From: an uncultured archaeon
GTDB lineage: Archaea > Asgardarchaeota > Hermodarchaeia > Hermodarchaeales > Hermodarchaeaceae
DNA: 32,638 nucleotides
Assembly (NCBI GenBank): GCA_964347045.1
Contig: CAYFXC010000020.1
Location: 1-32,638, forward strand
Reading direction: 5' to 3'
A program made the position numbers and the translations under genes. Positions 1-8,715 of the stretch are shown in pieces; position 1 is the stretch's first letter, and every line of letters begins with the position of its first letter. The notes under the pieces were generated by a model. That model had not been told where the DNA came from. It saw only the letters and a list, made by a program, of their open reading frames with translations, and ran no database searches.

Positions 1-1663
1 GGTCAAAGACAGCAACGTTCGGATCAAGTGCAGTTGTGTTGGATACAGCATACAGTTGATGACCCTGTACCCAAACAGATGTTACGTTGGCTGTCCCACC
101 CAAATTGTAGAAATCAATAAGGCTTGGAGAAGAGGGGTCTGACACATTCGCCAGGTACACCCCGAAGAGTCCATCCGCTATGAAAATAACTTCTCCTGCA
201 ACGGCAACATCATAGGGGTAAGAAAGCGCAAAGTTACCACGATATTGGAGATTTGATGGATTAGAAATGTCATAGATGCGAACACCACCAGCGGTATCGC
301 AAACGAAGGCTAAGTGTCCTTGAATATCGAGACGGCGGTAGAATCGGTTTGACGCCACGGTATGATTGTCAAGATAAACTGGATTCGCTGGATCACTGAT
401 ATCGATAGAAAGCAGACCACTTGCACCTGCGGCAACAAAAGCCACATCTCCTCGAATTCGAACATCATTGAAATCGTATCCACTGAAACTTCCAATGGGA
501 ACAAGAGCAGGAGTTAGGTCACCTACCCGATAAGTAAGAACTCCGGTATCTGATCCAACGACGAGAACACCTTCATACAAATCAAGGTCCCAAGCCATGG
601 GAATGCTAATCGTGGTAATATGAGTTGGGTGAACAGGACTGGTAACGTCAATGATTTGGACACCACCAAATTCGTCAGCAACAAACAAAGTGTTTCCATG
701 GAGCGCTAAACGACGTGCGTTACCGGGAGTATCAACGCTTCCAATAATGCTGATGTCCAAGGGATTAGTGACATCAACAACTTGGACACCACTTGGACCA
801 TCAGCCACATAGGCAATTGGACCGTCAACGAGCACATCAGTCGCGTTTCCGGGTGTATTAATGGAGTCATATTGAACTAAAGTAGAGGGATTTGATGCAT
901 TCACTAAGTACAAACCCCACTCACTTTCCGCAAGGTAGACGATTTGACCATCAACAGCCAGCCCTTGAGTCCAATAGGAGCCCCAGTTTGACGATAGCAA
1001 CACAGGAGCGGAGGGGTCTTCAAAGTCGATTATCCGGAAAGCACGGTTGGTAGCAGAATCCACTGCAGTAGCATAGACAAGATGGCCCTGAACCTCAATA
1101 TCGGTTGTCACCCCATCAAGGGTAACTGTTCCGAGGTAAACACCAACAACGCCATCGTAGTTAAAGGGGTCACTCACATTATAGCGCGCGACACCGCCTG
1201 AAACTCTTCCAGCATAGAAAATATCACCCGAAATTCGAGCACAAATAATATCCGCTAAGGAGTTTCTCCCACTCAACAACCTTAGATTCTCAGGATCCGA
1301 GATATCTAGGATTTGATTACTGGGAGAGGAAACAGAAGTTCCCCAGGTGGTGAAATAAACCTTGCGGCCTTGAACATCCACACCCATGGTTGGGAAGGTA
1401 GTCGTATAGTTATCGAGCAGTGTGATTGAATATTGGCGTGCACTGGTGATGGTGCCTTGTCCCCATCCAGCAGCGGTGGAAGGTCCACTATCATAAAAGG
1501 TTGTGGTGGAGAAATCTTCCGAATAGCCACTGATGGTTCCGGGAACAGGGATTGCAAATGCGGTCGGTGAAAATACTGGTTGAATGCTAGATACTGCTGC
1601 GAGAGATAAAATCGCGATAATAGCCATCGCTATGTGTAGGCGTGATTTACGAGGAAAATTCAT
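1..1663 (-). CDS. Secreted LVIVD-repeat (beta-propeller) surface protein, 3' end outside window
   Basis: Manual translation from ATG at 1663 is open to the window edge (~554 codons). It starts MNFPRKSRLHIAMAIIAILSLAAVSS (signal-peptide-like), followed by many ~40-aa repeats such as TPGNATDVLVDGPIAYVADGPSGVQVVDVTNP and TPGNARRLALHGNTLFVADEFGGVQIIDVTSP, which match the LVIVD pattern. Absent from the ORF track because no stop lies in the window. Confidence 0.9.
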   Translation of the reverse strand, partial: MNFPRKSRLHIAMAIIAILSLAAVSSIQPVFSPTAFAIPVPGTISGYSEDFSTTTFYDSGPSTAAGWGQGTITSARQYSITLLDNYTTTFPTMGVDVQGRKVYFTTWGTSVSSPSNQILDISDPENLRLLSGRNSLADIICARISGDIFYAGRVSGGVARYNVSDPFNYDGVVGVYLGTVTLDGVTTDIEVQGHLVYATAVDSATNRAFRIIDFEDPSAPVLLSSNWGSYWTQGLAVDGQIVYLAESEWGLYLVNASNPSTLVQYDSINTPGNATDVLVDGPIAYVADGPSGVQVVDVTNPLDISIIGSVDTPGNARRLALHGNTLFVADEFGGVQIIDVTSPVHPTHITTISIPMAWDLDLYEGVLVVGSDTGVLTYRVGDLTPALVPIGSFSGYDFNDVRIRGDVAFVAAGASGLLSIDISDPANPVYLDNHTVASNRFYRRLDIQGHLAFVCDTAGGVRIYDISNPSNLQYRGNFALSYPYDVAVAGEVIFIADGLFGVYLANVSDPSSPSLIDFYNLGGTANVTSVWVQGHQLYAVSNTTALDPNVAVFD

Positions 1664-1915
1664 ACTATCCCTCAGGAAAATCGGTGACAGACCATATACG
1701 GGTAACTCCATAAAAACCTGTCCTGTAAACTCTTAATCAGCGAAATTTGTCAATAGAAATCACATTCACAACTACCCAATTTGCAAAACATATGACTACC
1801 GAAGACCCCCATATTAGAATATGAAGACATGTAGTTGAGATCTTATCAACTAGTATCCATGGTTTTCGCTATCTCTTGTTTCATAACATTGTATAACAAA
1901 ACGAGAATTATCATG

Positions 1916-1950
1916 AAAAAAGAGAAGGAAGTGGAGGAGGATTCCTCCAC
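1916..1950 (-). terminator. Hairpin plus pyrimidine/U-tract terminator-like element after the 877-aa gene
   Basis: Perfect 8-bp stem GTGGAGGA(1931-1938)/TCCTCCAC(1943-1950) with a 4-nt loop, 10 nt after the TAG, followed on the - strand by TTCCTTCTCTTTTTT. Confidence 0.7.
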
Positions 1951-1960
1951 ACATTGTTGT

Positions 1961-4579
1961 CTATTTGGATGCACCGCGTCGTTTCCTTAATAGGTATATG
2001 ATAAGGATGATGACGATGATGATGACCACAGCGAGGGCAGCGATCCACCACCACCATGGTAATCCAGGGATGGGTGGTGGGGTGAAGGGTGACGGGATGC
2101 CCTCAATATCGGCTGTTGCTGTTGGGATCGAATACATCGTTCCGGGTAGGCCATGGTAGTCCGCATCAAAGGCTAAGGTGTGGTTGCCAACGCCCTCAAC
2201 AAGCACTTGCCAGTTAATGACTTCCGTGTCACCAGGTAAGACTATGAAGGGTTGTGTTGCCGGCGTAACTAGGCTACCAAAGGCAGCAGGTACTGAAACG
2301 GTTACTTGGCCTTCAACAGCGGCGGTTAATCCGAGGTTCTCGATTTCAACCGCAAAGCCAACAACTAACCCCAACGTTCCATTCGCCGGAACCATGGGCA
2401 CTAAAGTACAGCGTGGAGCCAGCATATACGCGATTTCGTTAATCCAAAGTTCAAAGCGGTCTTCGTAGGTGGAGTCATCTTCATCCAATCCAAAGTTATC
2501 AATAAGATATCCATTGAGCAGGGTCTTGTGATCATTACGTTGAATAATGAATGCACCACCATCGACTATTGTCGATTGGTTACCTGCTAAGGCAGTTGCA
2601 TTGGAGAATACGGAGTATTTTCCACCATCGGTGGTATAAGTGAAAGTTGTATTGAGGTTAGAGATAGCAAAGTTGTGGGGCATTGAGAAGATATGATGAG
2701 CGGAATCCCAAATGAACACCGGTGGATCCCCTGAAACAGCACTTTCAAGGGCAACACCAAGACGGTTCCATAGGGAATGTGTTGGATCAGCTGTCACTGT
2801 CCACGTTGTTAGGATAAGTGAGCCCCCAGCATCTAGGTATTCTACAATGTCATCGTAGTATGCATCGAGTCCACCCCAATTAACATTATCAACAATGACG
2901 AGATCCCACGAGTACATGTGGAGGGAGAGGTTGAAGTAATCGAACCGTGGTGAACTATATGGACCTGTTAAATAGAACTTTACTCCAAGGTCGTTGAGAG
3001 CTAGAGCAACTGGGGTCTTGTAATAGTTGGGGCTGAAGACTTCATCTGTATAAATCAGTACGTTTGCATGTGATGAGGATAACCAGTTAGCCATATTCAG
3101 AATCGACTGCCGATTATTCGCAGTAGCAATATTAGCGCCATCTTGTACCCAATTCATATCGGCTACAAGAACTGCGCGACCACTTCCATAAGTGCTTGCT
3201 GCGACTGCAATATTGGGTCCATCAAACCAAACACCTGTGGCTGGACCACTGACGTTGATATAACCTAATGCATTGAAGTAGAAAGAGCTACAGCCTTCAG
3301 TGATGGGATGCTTTGAGAACGTAGAGGAAGTATATGTAATCATATTCCCTGCCGTGTCGTTCATTGTTAACCCGAAGGGACTGAGAAGCATACTGGTTTG
3401 GTAATTTTGTTTCTTGAACCAAACGGGATCGGGCCAGTCTCCGAAAGCAAGGACTGATCCACCACCGTTAGCCCAAGTCTGAAATGCTGTTCTATCTCCG
3501 GATGTATAGTTATAATCTGGGACATTGACCACCAAGAGATCATAAGGTGCCAGCCGGGCCATTGTGAAGTTATCTCCACTGGCAGCGGGATAGAGCTTGT
3601 CTACTAAGAAGCCATGACTGACCCATTCATCACGCATCTCTTTATACGAATCTGGCCATAGGGAATAAGGACCATCCCATAGATCGATTGATCGCCGAGG
3701 TAGATGAGACAGATCAAAGGCAATTCGCCCTTTAGGTCGTGGACAGAGCCATAGAGCAGCGTCTTGAATCATCTGGTGAATGCCTGGAAGAGGTTCTGTG
3801 ACACCATCCCACCAAAAGGATACAACTCGACCACCTTGAGTGGTTGGATCAAATGCAAGAACTGTGACTTCGTCTTCTATGAGTCCATCATGAGCAACTT
3901 TTGTTAGTTGCGTAGCAATTGACGTACCCATTAAGGCAGGCCAATCCCATGCGGCATAGCCATACGCAGGAAGGGTATACGTGTCTCCAACCGCATAGCC
4001 CTTTGAAACAGGGTGTCGCGATGAAACATTGGCAAAATCACCGTTGTAGTTCCAGTAAACTCCGTTGCCATCACTTCCTGCGGATTCAGGGGGTAAGATG
4101 CCCATATAAGAGGAATAGACAGCAAAACTGTCGAACCCGAGTAGGGCACCGCCGCCTAACCAAAACTCATATACATAATTGATTATGCTCTCGCGCGGTA
4201 AGTTATCGGGAATCACAAACACATCAAAATGTGCGGTCATAAGTGCATGATCTAAGATATCTTGGGTGTCAAGAATAGTCGTTTGATAGCCTGCGGCCTG
4301 AAGAATCGCTTCAATCTGACTCGAAGAGTTAGAAAGCACGCTTGCTCCAGTGGTATCGTAAGCAGGACGAGTCATATTCGGTTCATTGTAAATGGCGATA
4401 CGAACCAAATCTGGTGGAATCGTCATAGCCAAGGGTTCTGCAAAAAAGTGTGGACCCGTTTCAGGTTCTGAAAATTCCACGTTCGCCGTTAGAGTTGGCA
4501 GAAAACTTACAGGCGCAATGAACATTGGAAATAACAGACATGCTAGTAACACTACTGAAATGAGCCTAAAATTTCTCAT
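1961..4579 (-). CDS. Membrane-anchored surface protein with three class-I-GATase-like/GIFT-like alpha/beta domains, an Ig-like domain and a PWWWW-TM-basic C-terminal anchor
   Basis: Long ORF; ATG at 4579 gives MRNFRLISVVLLACLLFPMF (signal-like), with TTG at 4594 as an alternative start. Three domains end in GGG-hydrophobic strands (FWLGGGALL, WANGGGSVL, YLDAGGSLI). IAFDLSH...YDLLVV resembles GIFT/DUF4350 domains. Many N-x-S/T sequons. Ends PPPIPGLPWWWWIAALAVVIIIVIILIIYLLRKRRGASK. Confidence 0.8.
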   Translation of the reverse strand: MRNFRLISVVLLACLLFPMFIAPVSFLPTLTANVEFSEPETGPHFFAEPLAMTIPPDLVRIAIYNEPNMTRPAYDTTGASVLSNSSSQIEAILQAAGYQTTILDTQDILDHALMTAHFDVFVIPDNLPRESIINYVYEFWLGGGALLGFDSFAVYSSYMGILPPESAGSDGNGVYWNYNGDFANVSSRHPVSKGYAVGDTYTLPAYGYAAWDWPALMGTSIATQLTKVAHDGLIEDEVTVLAFDPTTQGGRVVSFWWDGVTEPLPGIHQMIQDAALWLCPRPKGRIAFDLSHLPRRSIDLWDGPYSLWPDSYKEMRDEWVSHGFLVDKLYPAASGDNFTMARLAPYDLLVVNVPDYNYTSGDRTAFQTWANGGGSVLAFGDWPDPVWFKKQNYQTSMLLSPFGLTMNDTAGNMITYTSSTFSKHPITEGCSSFYFNALGYINVSGPATGVWFDGPNIAVAASTYGSGRAVLVADMNWVQDGANIATANNRQSILNMANWLSSSHANVLIYTDEVFSPNYYKTPVALALNDLGVKFYLTGPYSSPRFDYFNLSLHMYSWDLVIVDNVNWGGLDAYYDDIVEYLDAGGSLILTTWTVTADPTHSLWNRLGVALESAVSGDPPVFIWDSAHHIFSMPHNFAISNLNTTFTYTTDGGKYSVFSNATALAGNQSTIVDGGAFIIQRNDHKTLLNGYLIDNFGLDEDDSTYEDRFELWINEIAYMLAPRCTLVPMVPANGTLGLVVGFAVEIENLGLTAAVEGQVTVSVPAAFGSLVTPATQPFIVLPGDTEVINWQVLVEGVGNHTLAFDADYHGLPGTMYSIPTATADIEGIPSPFTPPPIPGLPWWWWIAALAVVIIIVIILIIYLLRKRRGASK

Positions 4580-4815
4580 AACAGAATTCTCCAAATTTAG
4601 GGGAAAGTGAAAAACGAAATTTTGTTTCCTTTTAATATATTTTGCTAATATATATATGAAAAATAGAACAAATAGACAATTAATAATTTAATTTCTGTTT
4701 ATACTAAAAAAATAGGTTATACATCTATAAGTTAACTAGAACAAAAACACATCAAGCATCAATTTTTTTGATTCTTGAAGTTTTGAGGGAATAGAAAAAC
4801 AAAGAGATTGATTCC

Positions 4816-4852
4816 AAAAAAAGAAAGGGAGCGTGGAGGAGAATTCCTCCAC
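4816..4852 (-). terminator. Hairpin plus U-tract terminator-like element after the 606-aa gene
   Basis: Same 8-bp stem GTGGAGGA(4833-4840)/TCCTCCAC(4845-4852) with a 4-nt loop, 8 nt after the TAG, followed on the - strand by GCTCCCTTTCTTTTTTT. Confidence 0.7.
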
Positions 4853-4860
4853 AATGTGAT

Positions 4861-6681
4861 CTATTTTCCACTCGAAGCTCCGCGACGTCTCATCAACAAG
4901 CAGATAAGGATGATGACGATGATGATAATCACAGCTAATCCGACGATCCACCACCACCAGGGAAGTGGTGGTAGCGAAATGATATTCTGAATGGCGAATA
5001 CAGCATCTGATTCATCTGTGGTGGTCCAAGTGCCATCATCAACGGTTACTCGTACTCGGTAATCTGCGCCATTAGGCACAGTAGTAGTGTCCCAAAGATA
5101 GCTTGTGGTTGAATATCCTATAGCTAGTGATACCCAGCTGGTACCATTCCAGTAGTCAAGGTCGAAGGTCAAAGTGTCGTCATTCGGATCGAACGCATCC
5201 CAGGTGATTGTAATCGTGGCGCTCAGGGTTTCACCCCCGTTAGGATAAGTCACTGTCACACTGGGAGGTTGTGGAACATAGCGAATGAGGTTTTCGAGGA
5301 ACATGCTATAATTGTGGGCCCATGCCCATTCGACTGTTTGCCCAGTTGCAATGATGAGCCCATCACCAGTGACATTCTCGAAAAATACGGCTTCGCTGCC
5401 ATCATCCAGGATTAGTGTTGCACCAGTTGTATCATTGAAATACCCATGGGTGGACCAAAACCAGTACTCTAGTTCTGGCTCCCAAATCCGATAAGGAAGA
5501 TGAAGTGTTGGGTGTAAGGGTTCAAGAATGTTAATATTATCTGTCATGTTCCACGTAAAACCAGCACCACCAGGGAGAACCCAGTTCCAACCCTGCGTTG
5601 CTGCATGAACCTCTAGGATACCACCATTATTGACATAGTTTTCCAGCCATGTTCGGTTATTAGCTAGAGCAGTATAGAAGGCAAAACTTTGGACTGAGGC
5701 GATGATTACCTTCTGATAGGATGAGAGATCAGTTGTTCCGAAGTTTGCAGAAGGTATGATATCATAACTGATACTCAGATTGGTAAGGATTTGTTGGCTC
5801 GCATTGTAGGCCCACGGATTTAAATTTTGTAAAATGGCTACAGGGCCTGTGAGTGCGCCATCAGTGGGGCTTTCAAGTGTGGGAATGTACCAGACTACGT
5901 TCTCGAGAAAATTACTGAGAGCCAATCCATAACCCCATTCGACGGGTTGAGTTGTAGCGATAATATATCCCAACCCAAAACGGGCTTCAATCAAGACCGG
6001 TTCACCCGCACCATCAGTAAGTATTATTGAATTGCCACTAGTGTTATTGAAGTACCCATGTGCAGCGTCATTCCAACCTTCAAGCTCAACCTCGGTGATT
6101 GTCAAGGGATTATGAAGGAGATAATGACCCGAATCCGCGATATCAACATTATTAGTTCCATTTACAATATGACCAAAGCCCCCTGGAAGAATCCAATCAC
6201 CAAGGGCATATTGCCTAGCCGCATGAATTTCTAATGTGCCACCACCACTCACATAATTTTCTAACCAAGTTCTATTTGACTCAACAGCCGTATAGAAAGC
6301 AGCATTTTGGTTCGATGAGATGATGACCTTCTGATACTTCCCTAGCGAGGTTCCAAAGGAGGCCGAAGGAATGGTATCTACGACCATATTCGGATAAGTA
6401 AGGAGGATGGTCTCCACATCATTGTAACCCCAAGGATCTGCATCTTCAAGGATCGCCACAGCTCCAGTAACCCTGAGACCTCTTGAGGAAATAGGCAACG
6501 TTGGAGGAGTAATTGCTTGAGTAGTCTGAGGAATGCCGTAGCCAAAATTCAAAGTCTTTTTGTGCATACCGTCTCCAAAGCCGTTTAACCCAGTCATTGA
6601 ACCAACAATTGAGAACAGCAGGATACACAACAAAAAGGAAGCGAGTCTACTTTTTTGATTAAGGAATTTAATACTAATCAT
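4861..6681 (-). CDS. Membrane-anchored surface protein with two tandem GATase-like domains, an Ig-like (PNGGE) domain and a PWWWW-TM-basic anchor
   Basis: 606-aa ORF with an N-terminal hydrophobic signal and an internal ~206-aa duplication (VAILEDADPWGYN...YQKVII...NRTWLENYVSGGGTLEIHAA vs VAILQNLNPWAYN...YQKVII...NRTWLENYVNNGGILEVHAA). Ig-like segment VTVTYPNGGETLS..ITW. Roughly a dozen N-x-S/T sequons. Ends LPPLPWWWWIVGLAVIIIIVIILICLLMRRRGASSGK. Confidence 0.82.
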   Translation of the reverse strand: MISIKFLNQKSRLASFLLCILLFSIVGSMTGLNGFGDGMHKKTLNFGYGIPQTTQAITPPTLPISSRGLRVTGAVAILEDADPWGYNDVETILLTYPNMVVDTIPSASFGTSLGKYQKVIISSNQNAAFYTAVESNRTWLENYVSGGGTLEIHAARQYALGDWILPGGFGHIVNGTNNVDIADSGHYLLHNPLTITEVELEGWNDAAHGYFNNTSGNSIILTDGAGEPVLIEARFGLGYIIATTQPVEWGYGLALSNFLENVVWYIPTLESPTDGALTGPVAILQNLNPWAYNASQQILTNLSISYDIIPSANFGTTDLSSYQKVIIASVQSFAFYTALANNRTWLENYVNNGGILEVHAATQGWNWVLPGGAGFTWNMTDNINILEPLHPTLHLPYRIWEPELEYWFWSTHGYFNDTTGATLILDDGSEAVFFENVTGDGLIIATGQTVEWAWAHNYSMFLENLIRYVPQPPSVTVTYPNGGETLSATITITWDAFDPNDDTLTFDLDYWNGTSWVSLAIGYSTTSYLWDTTTVPNGADYRVRVTVDDGTWTTTDESDAVFAIQNIISLPPLPWWWWIVGLAVIIIIVIILICLLMRRRGASSGK

Positions 6682-6761
6682 CGATATTCCCTTCCACTAA
6701 TAACCAACTTGAGTATTAAAATATCCGCCGGAAACCCGCTACAAAATTAATGAAGCTTATT

Positions 6762-7304
6762 TTAGGTACATTTAATGGCAGGTTGGAGGTGTCGGCGGAA
6801 TTCGGTGGTCAATTCGTTGACTACTCCTTTTATCTGACCGCGGAGATCAAAGCGGCGATCAGCAAAATACTCAGCTAGTAGGGCTTCTAATTCAAGGATA
6901 CTTTTGGTGAGTTCTTCGTGTTCGCTGAGTCCGCCTTCGGCGAGGAGTTCCCAGTATCCATCAGTGAACGCACTAAGAAACGCACTAAGCGTCCGTGGGT
7001 CTTGGTTTTGCGCGACACGAAGAGCTTCGAGGGCATTCGAAAAGGTGATATTTGCGCGGCGATCAAAGGGAAGATCGGCTATGGTCTCACAGAGCATGCC
7101 ATCCAGAAAGGTACGGCCCCGGCAGTCTTGTAAATGGGCGGCGTGGGGTTCGAGGGAGCAGTGGCTGAGTACGGACTTGTCGTAAAATGGACACTCCCCT
7201 GGGGGGGAAGTATGCTTCTCCATGATGGTTTCAATGCGCTTCCGAGTGTGGAAGAGCTTGAGAAGCTCCCGTGCTGCTTCAATTCGCTTAAGCTCACTTG
7301 GCAT
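6762..7304 (-). CDS. Hypothetical soluble protein with a 4-Cys cluster (possible metal binding)
   Basis: The ORF track start (7529) overlaps the upstream gene. ATG at 7304 gives a 180-aa helical protein MPSELKRIEAARELL... containing CPFY-x7-C-x11-C-x10-C. Confidence 0.7.
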   Translation of the reverse strand: MPSELKRIEAARELLKLFHTRKRIETIMEKHTSPPGECPFYDKSVLSHCSLEPHAAHLQDCRGRTFLDGMLCETIADLPFDRRANITFSNALEALRVAQNQDPRTLSAFLSAFTDGYWELLAEGGLSEHEELTKSILELEALLAEYFADRRFDLRGQIKGVVNELTTEFRRHLQPAIKCT

Positions 7305-7395
7305 AGATGTACATCCTACCCTCGCTTGGTAGCCTGCAAGCCTAATGTGATTTAGGTCAACTCTCGAATTTAAACCCTTTGATATCTTCCCCTGT

Positions 7396-8715
7396 CTATC
7401 CTTTGAGTTCACGGTCCCGAAGCCCCAGCTTTCTACGCAGCCAAGGTAATTCCCTAGTATATAGGAAAAGGAAGAAGACAGGAATGATAACGATGAAGTT
7501 GTGATGCCAAATGCCAGCTGGCGCGCCAAGCAGGAATAATAATATGCTTATGACACTATACAAAATACTCTTGCCAAAATCGGGTTGCAACAATAATTTC
7601 ACTAAAAGATAAACGGAAACAATCAGTGCAATTATACTGAATACCGTACTGATTCGAATGCCATCTGGTGCTAATATACTCCGTGTTACAATTTGAAGGG
7701 GATCACCAATATCCGCCCAAAAAATCGGATCAATGGTTAAAAGCCCCATGCTTGCCCAGATGTTATTTGCCACAATCCAATAAACATTGAAGATTATTGC
7801 AGGAATGGAACCGGTCCAACTCCACCATGATTGAATATGGAGAGGCCAAATTTCATAAGGTCGATTGAATTGAACGAGCAGTAAATCATGGATCATTGCT
7901 AAGTGTCGAGCAGGATTACCATATATGATAGCTTCGAAGGACACCCATAATTGGAAAAACGCAAAAATAATCACAGAAGGCAATACTCCCAGAATCCATT
8001 TACGGTAGCTTCGAAAATGATATGCAATCGCAAAGACCAGAATTAGTCCGATATATTGGTAGGTGATGGCTCCAATTCCTAGCCAGAAAATGGACCAGAA
8101 GGGGTCTTTCCAATATTCATACCCCATCCATAGAAAGAAGATTACGACGCTCATGTGAGTTACAAAGTTTAACGTGACCATCACAGGATTAATCCAGATG
8201 AATATCGCAGCTGATCGATTGCCATTACGCAGCATTCGATCGAAAAGTAGGAAATCAAAAAATACATGTAAAATCATGAAACTTGGCTGGAAATCCATGC
8301 AACCTGCAAAGTCAAAGGAAAACGGATATACCATAGCCGGAATATGAACGAGTAAATTTCCAGGACCGTAATTAATGAAGTTTTGATAATATGTATCACA
8401 GGGCCCTGCAGATAGGGCAGATAGCCAATAATCGCGGTTATACGGATTTAACCCTAAAAACATGTAATTCAAACCATTTGTGAGGAGTTCATTCATATCA
8501 TTGATGTCAGGGAATGTGGGATTGACACTAGCAATATAGAGGATTGTAGCTAGGGTCAGAAGTCGAATGAAAATTCCAAGACTAATTTCTTTCCACCATT
8601 TGCCGTAGAGCAGGATGCTATCGGTTATGTATTCACTTATCCGAGTAGATAATTTGGGTTTGACATCAGGATCTGCTGGCAAAGGAGATTCAGTCTCGTT
8701 GGATGATCTACTCAA
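7396..8715 (-). CDS. GT-C fold (GT87/DUF2029-like) polyprenyl-P-sugar-dependent glycosyltransferase, paralog 2
   Basis: Polytopic membrane protein; first external loop DINDMNEL...GLNPY...NYGPG, then WINP. TTG start overlaps the upstream TGA (TTGA at 8712-8715). Confidence 0.65.
   Translation of the reverse strand: MSRSSNETESPLPADPDVKPKLSTRISEYITDSILLYGKWWKEISLGIFIRLLTLATILYIASVNPTFPDINDMNELLTNGLNYMFLGLNPYNRDYWLSALSAGPCDTYYQNFINYGPGNLLVHIPAMVYPFSFDFAGCMDFQPSFMILHVFFDFLLFDRMLRNGNRSAAIFIWINPVMVTLNFVTHMSVVIFFLWMGYEYWKDPFWSIFWLGIGAITYQYIGLILVFAIAYHFRSYRKWILGVLPSVIIFAFFQLWVSFEAIIYGNPARHLAMIHDLLLVQFNRPYEIWPLHIQSWWSWTGSIPAIIFNVYWIVANNIWASMGLLTIDPIFWADIGDPLQIVTRSILAPDGIRISTVFSIIALIVSVYLLVKLLLQPDFGKSILYSVISILLFLLGAPAGIWHHNFIVIIPVFFLFLYTRELPWLRRKLGLRDRELKG

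Noticed and set aside
310-1557. Short ORFs 310..504 and 1306..1557 suggesting a fragmented gene
   Set aside because: They are alternative-frame shadows of the continuous LVIVD ORF starting at 1663.
1931-1963. TAG followed by a hairpin (also at 4833-4863) as a readthrough/PYLIS/SECIS-like recoding signal
   Set aside because: The spacers differ (10 vs 8 nt), so the hairpins fall in different frames. The readthrough peptides are unrelated and short, both proteins already end in a complete anchor, and there is no in-frame UGA.
4595-4815. Very AT-rich stretch as a replication origin or mobile-element end
   Set aside because: No ORB-like repeats, no cdc6, no terminal inverted repeats or transposase. 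It is consistent with an ordinary promoter/terminator spacer.
7305-7529. N-terminal 75 aa of the 255-aa track ORF
   Set aside because: It overlaps the 3' end of the GT-C gene on the same strand. ATG 7304 gives a non-overlapping, more protein-like product.
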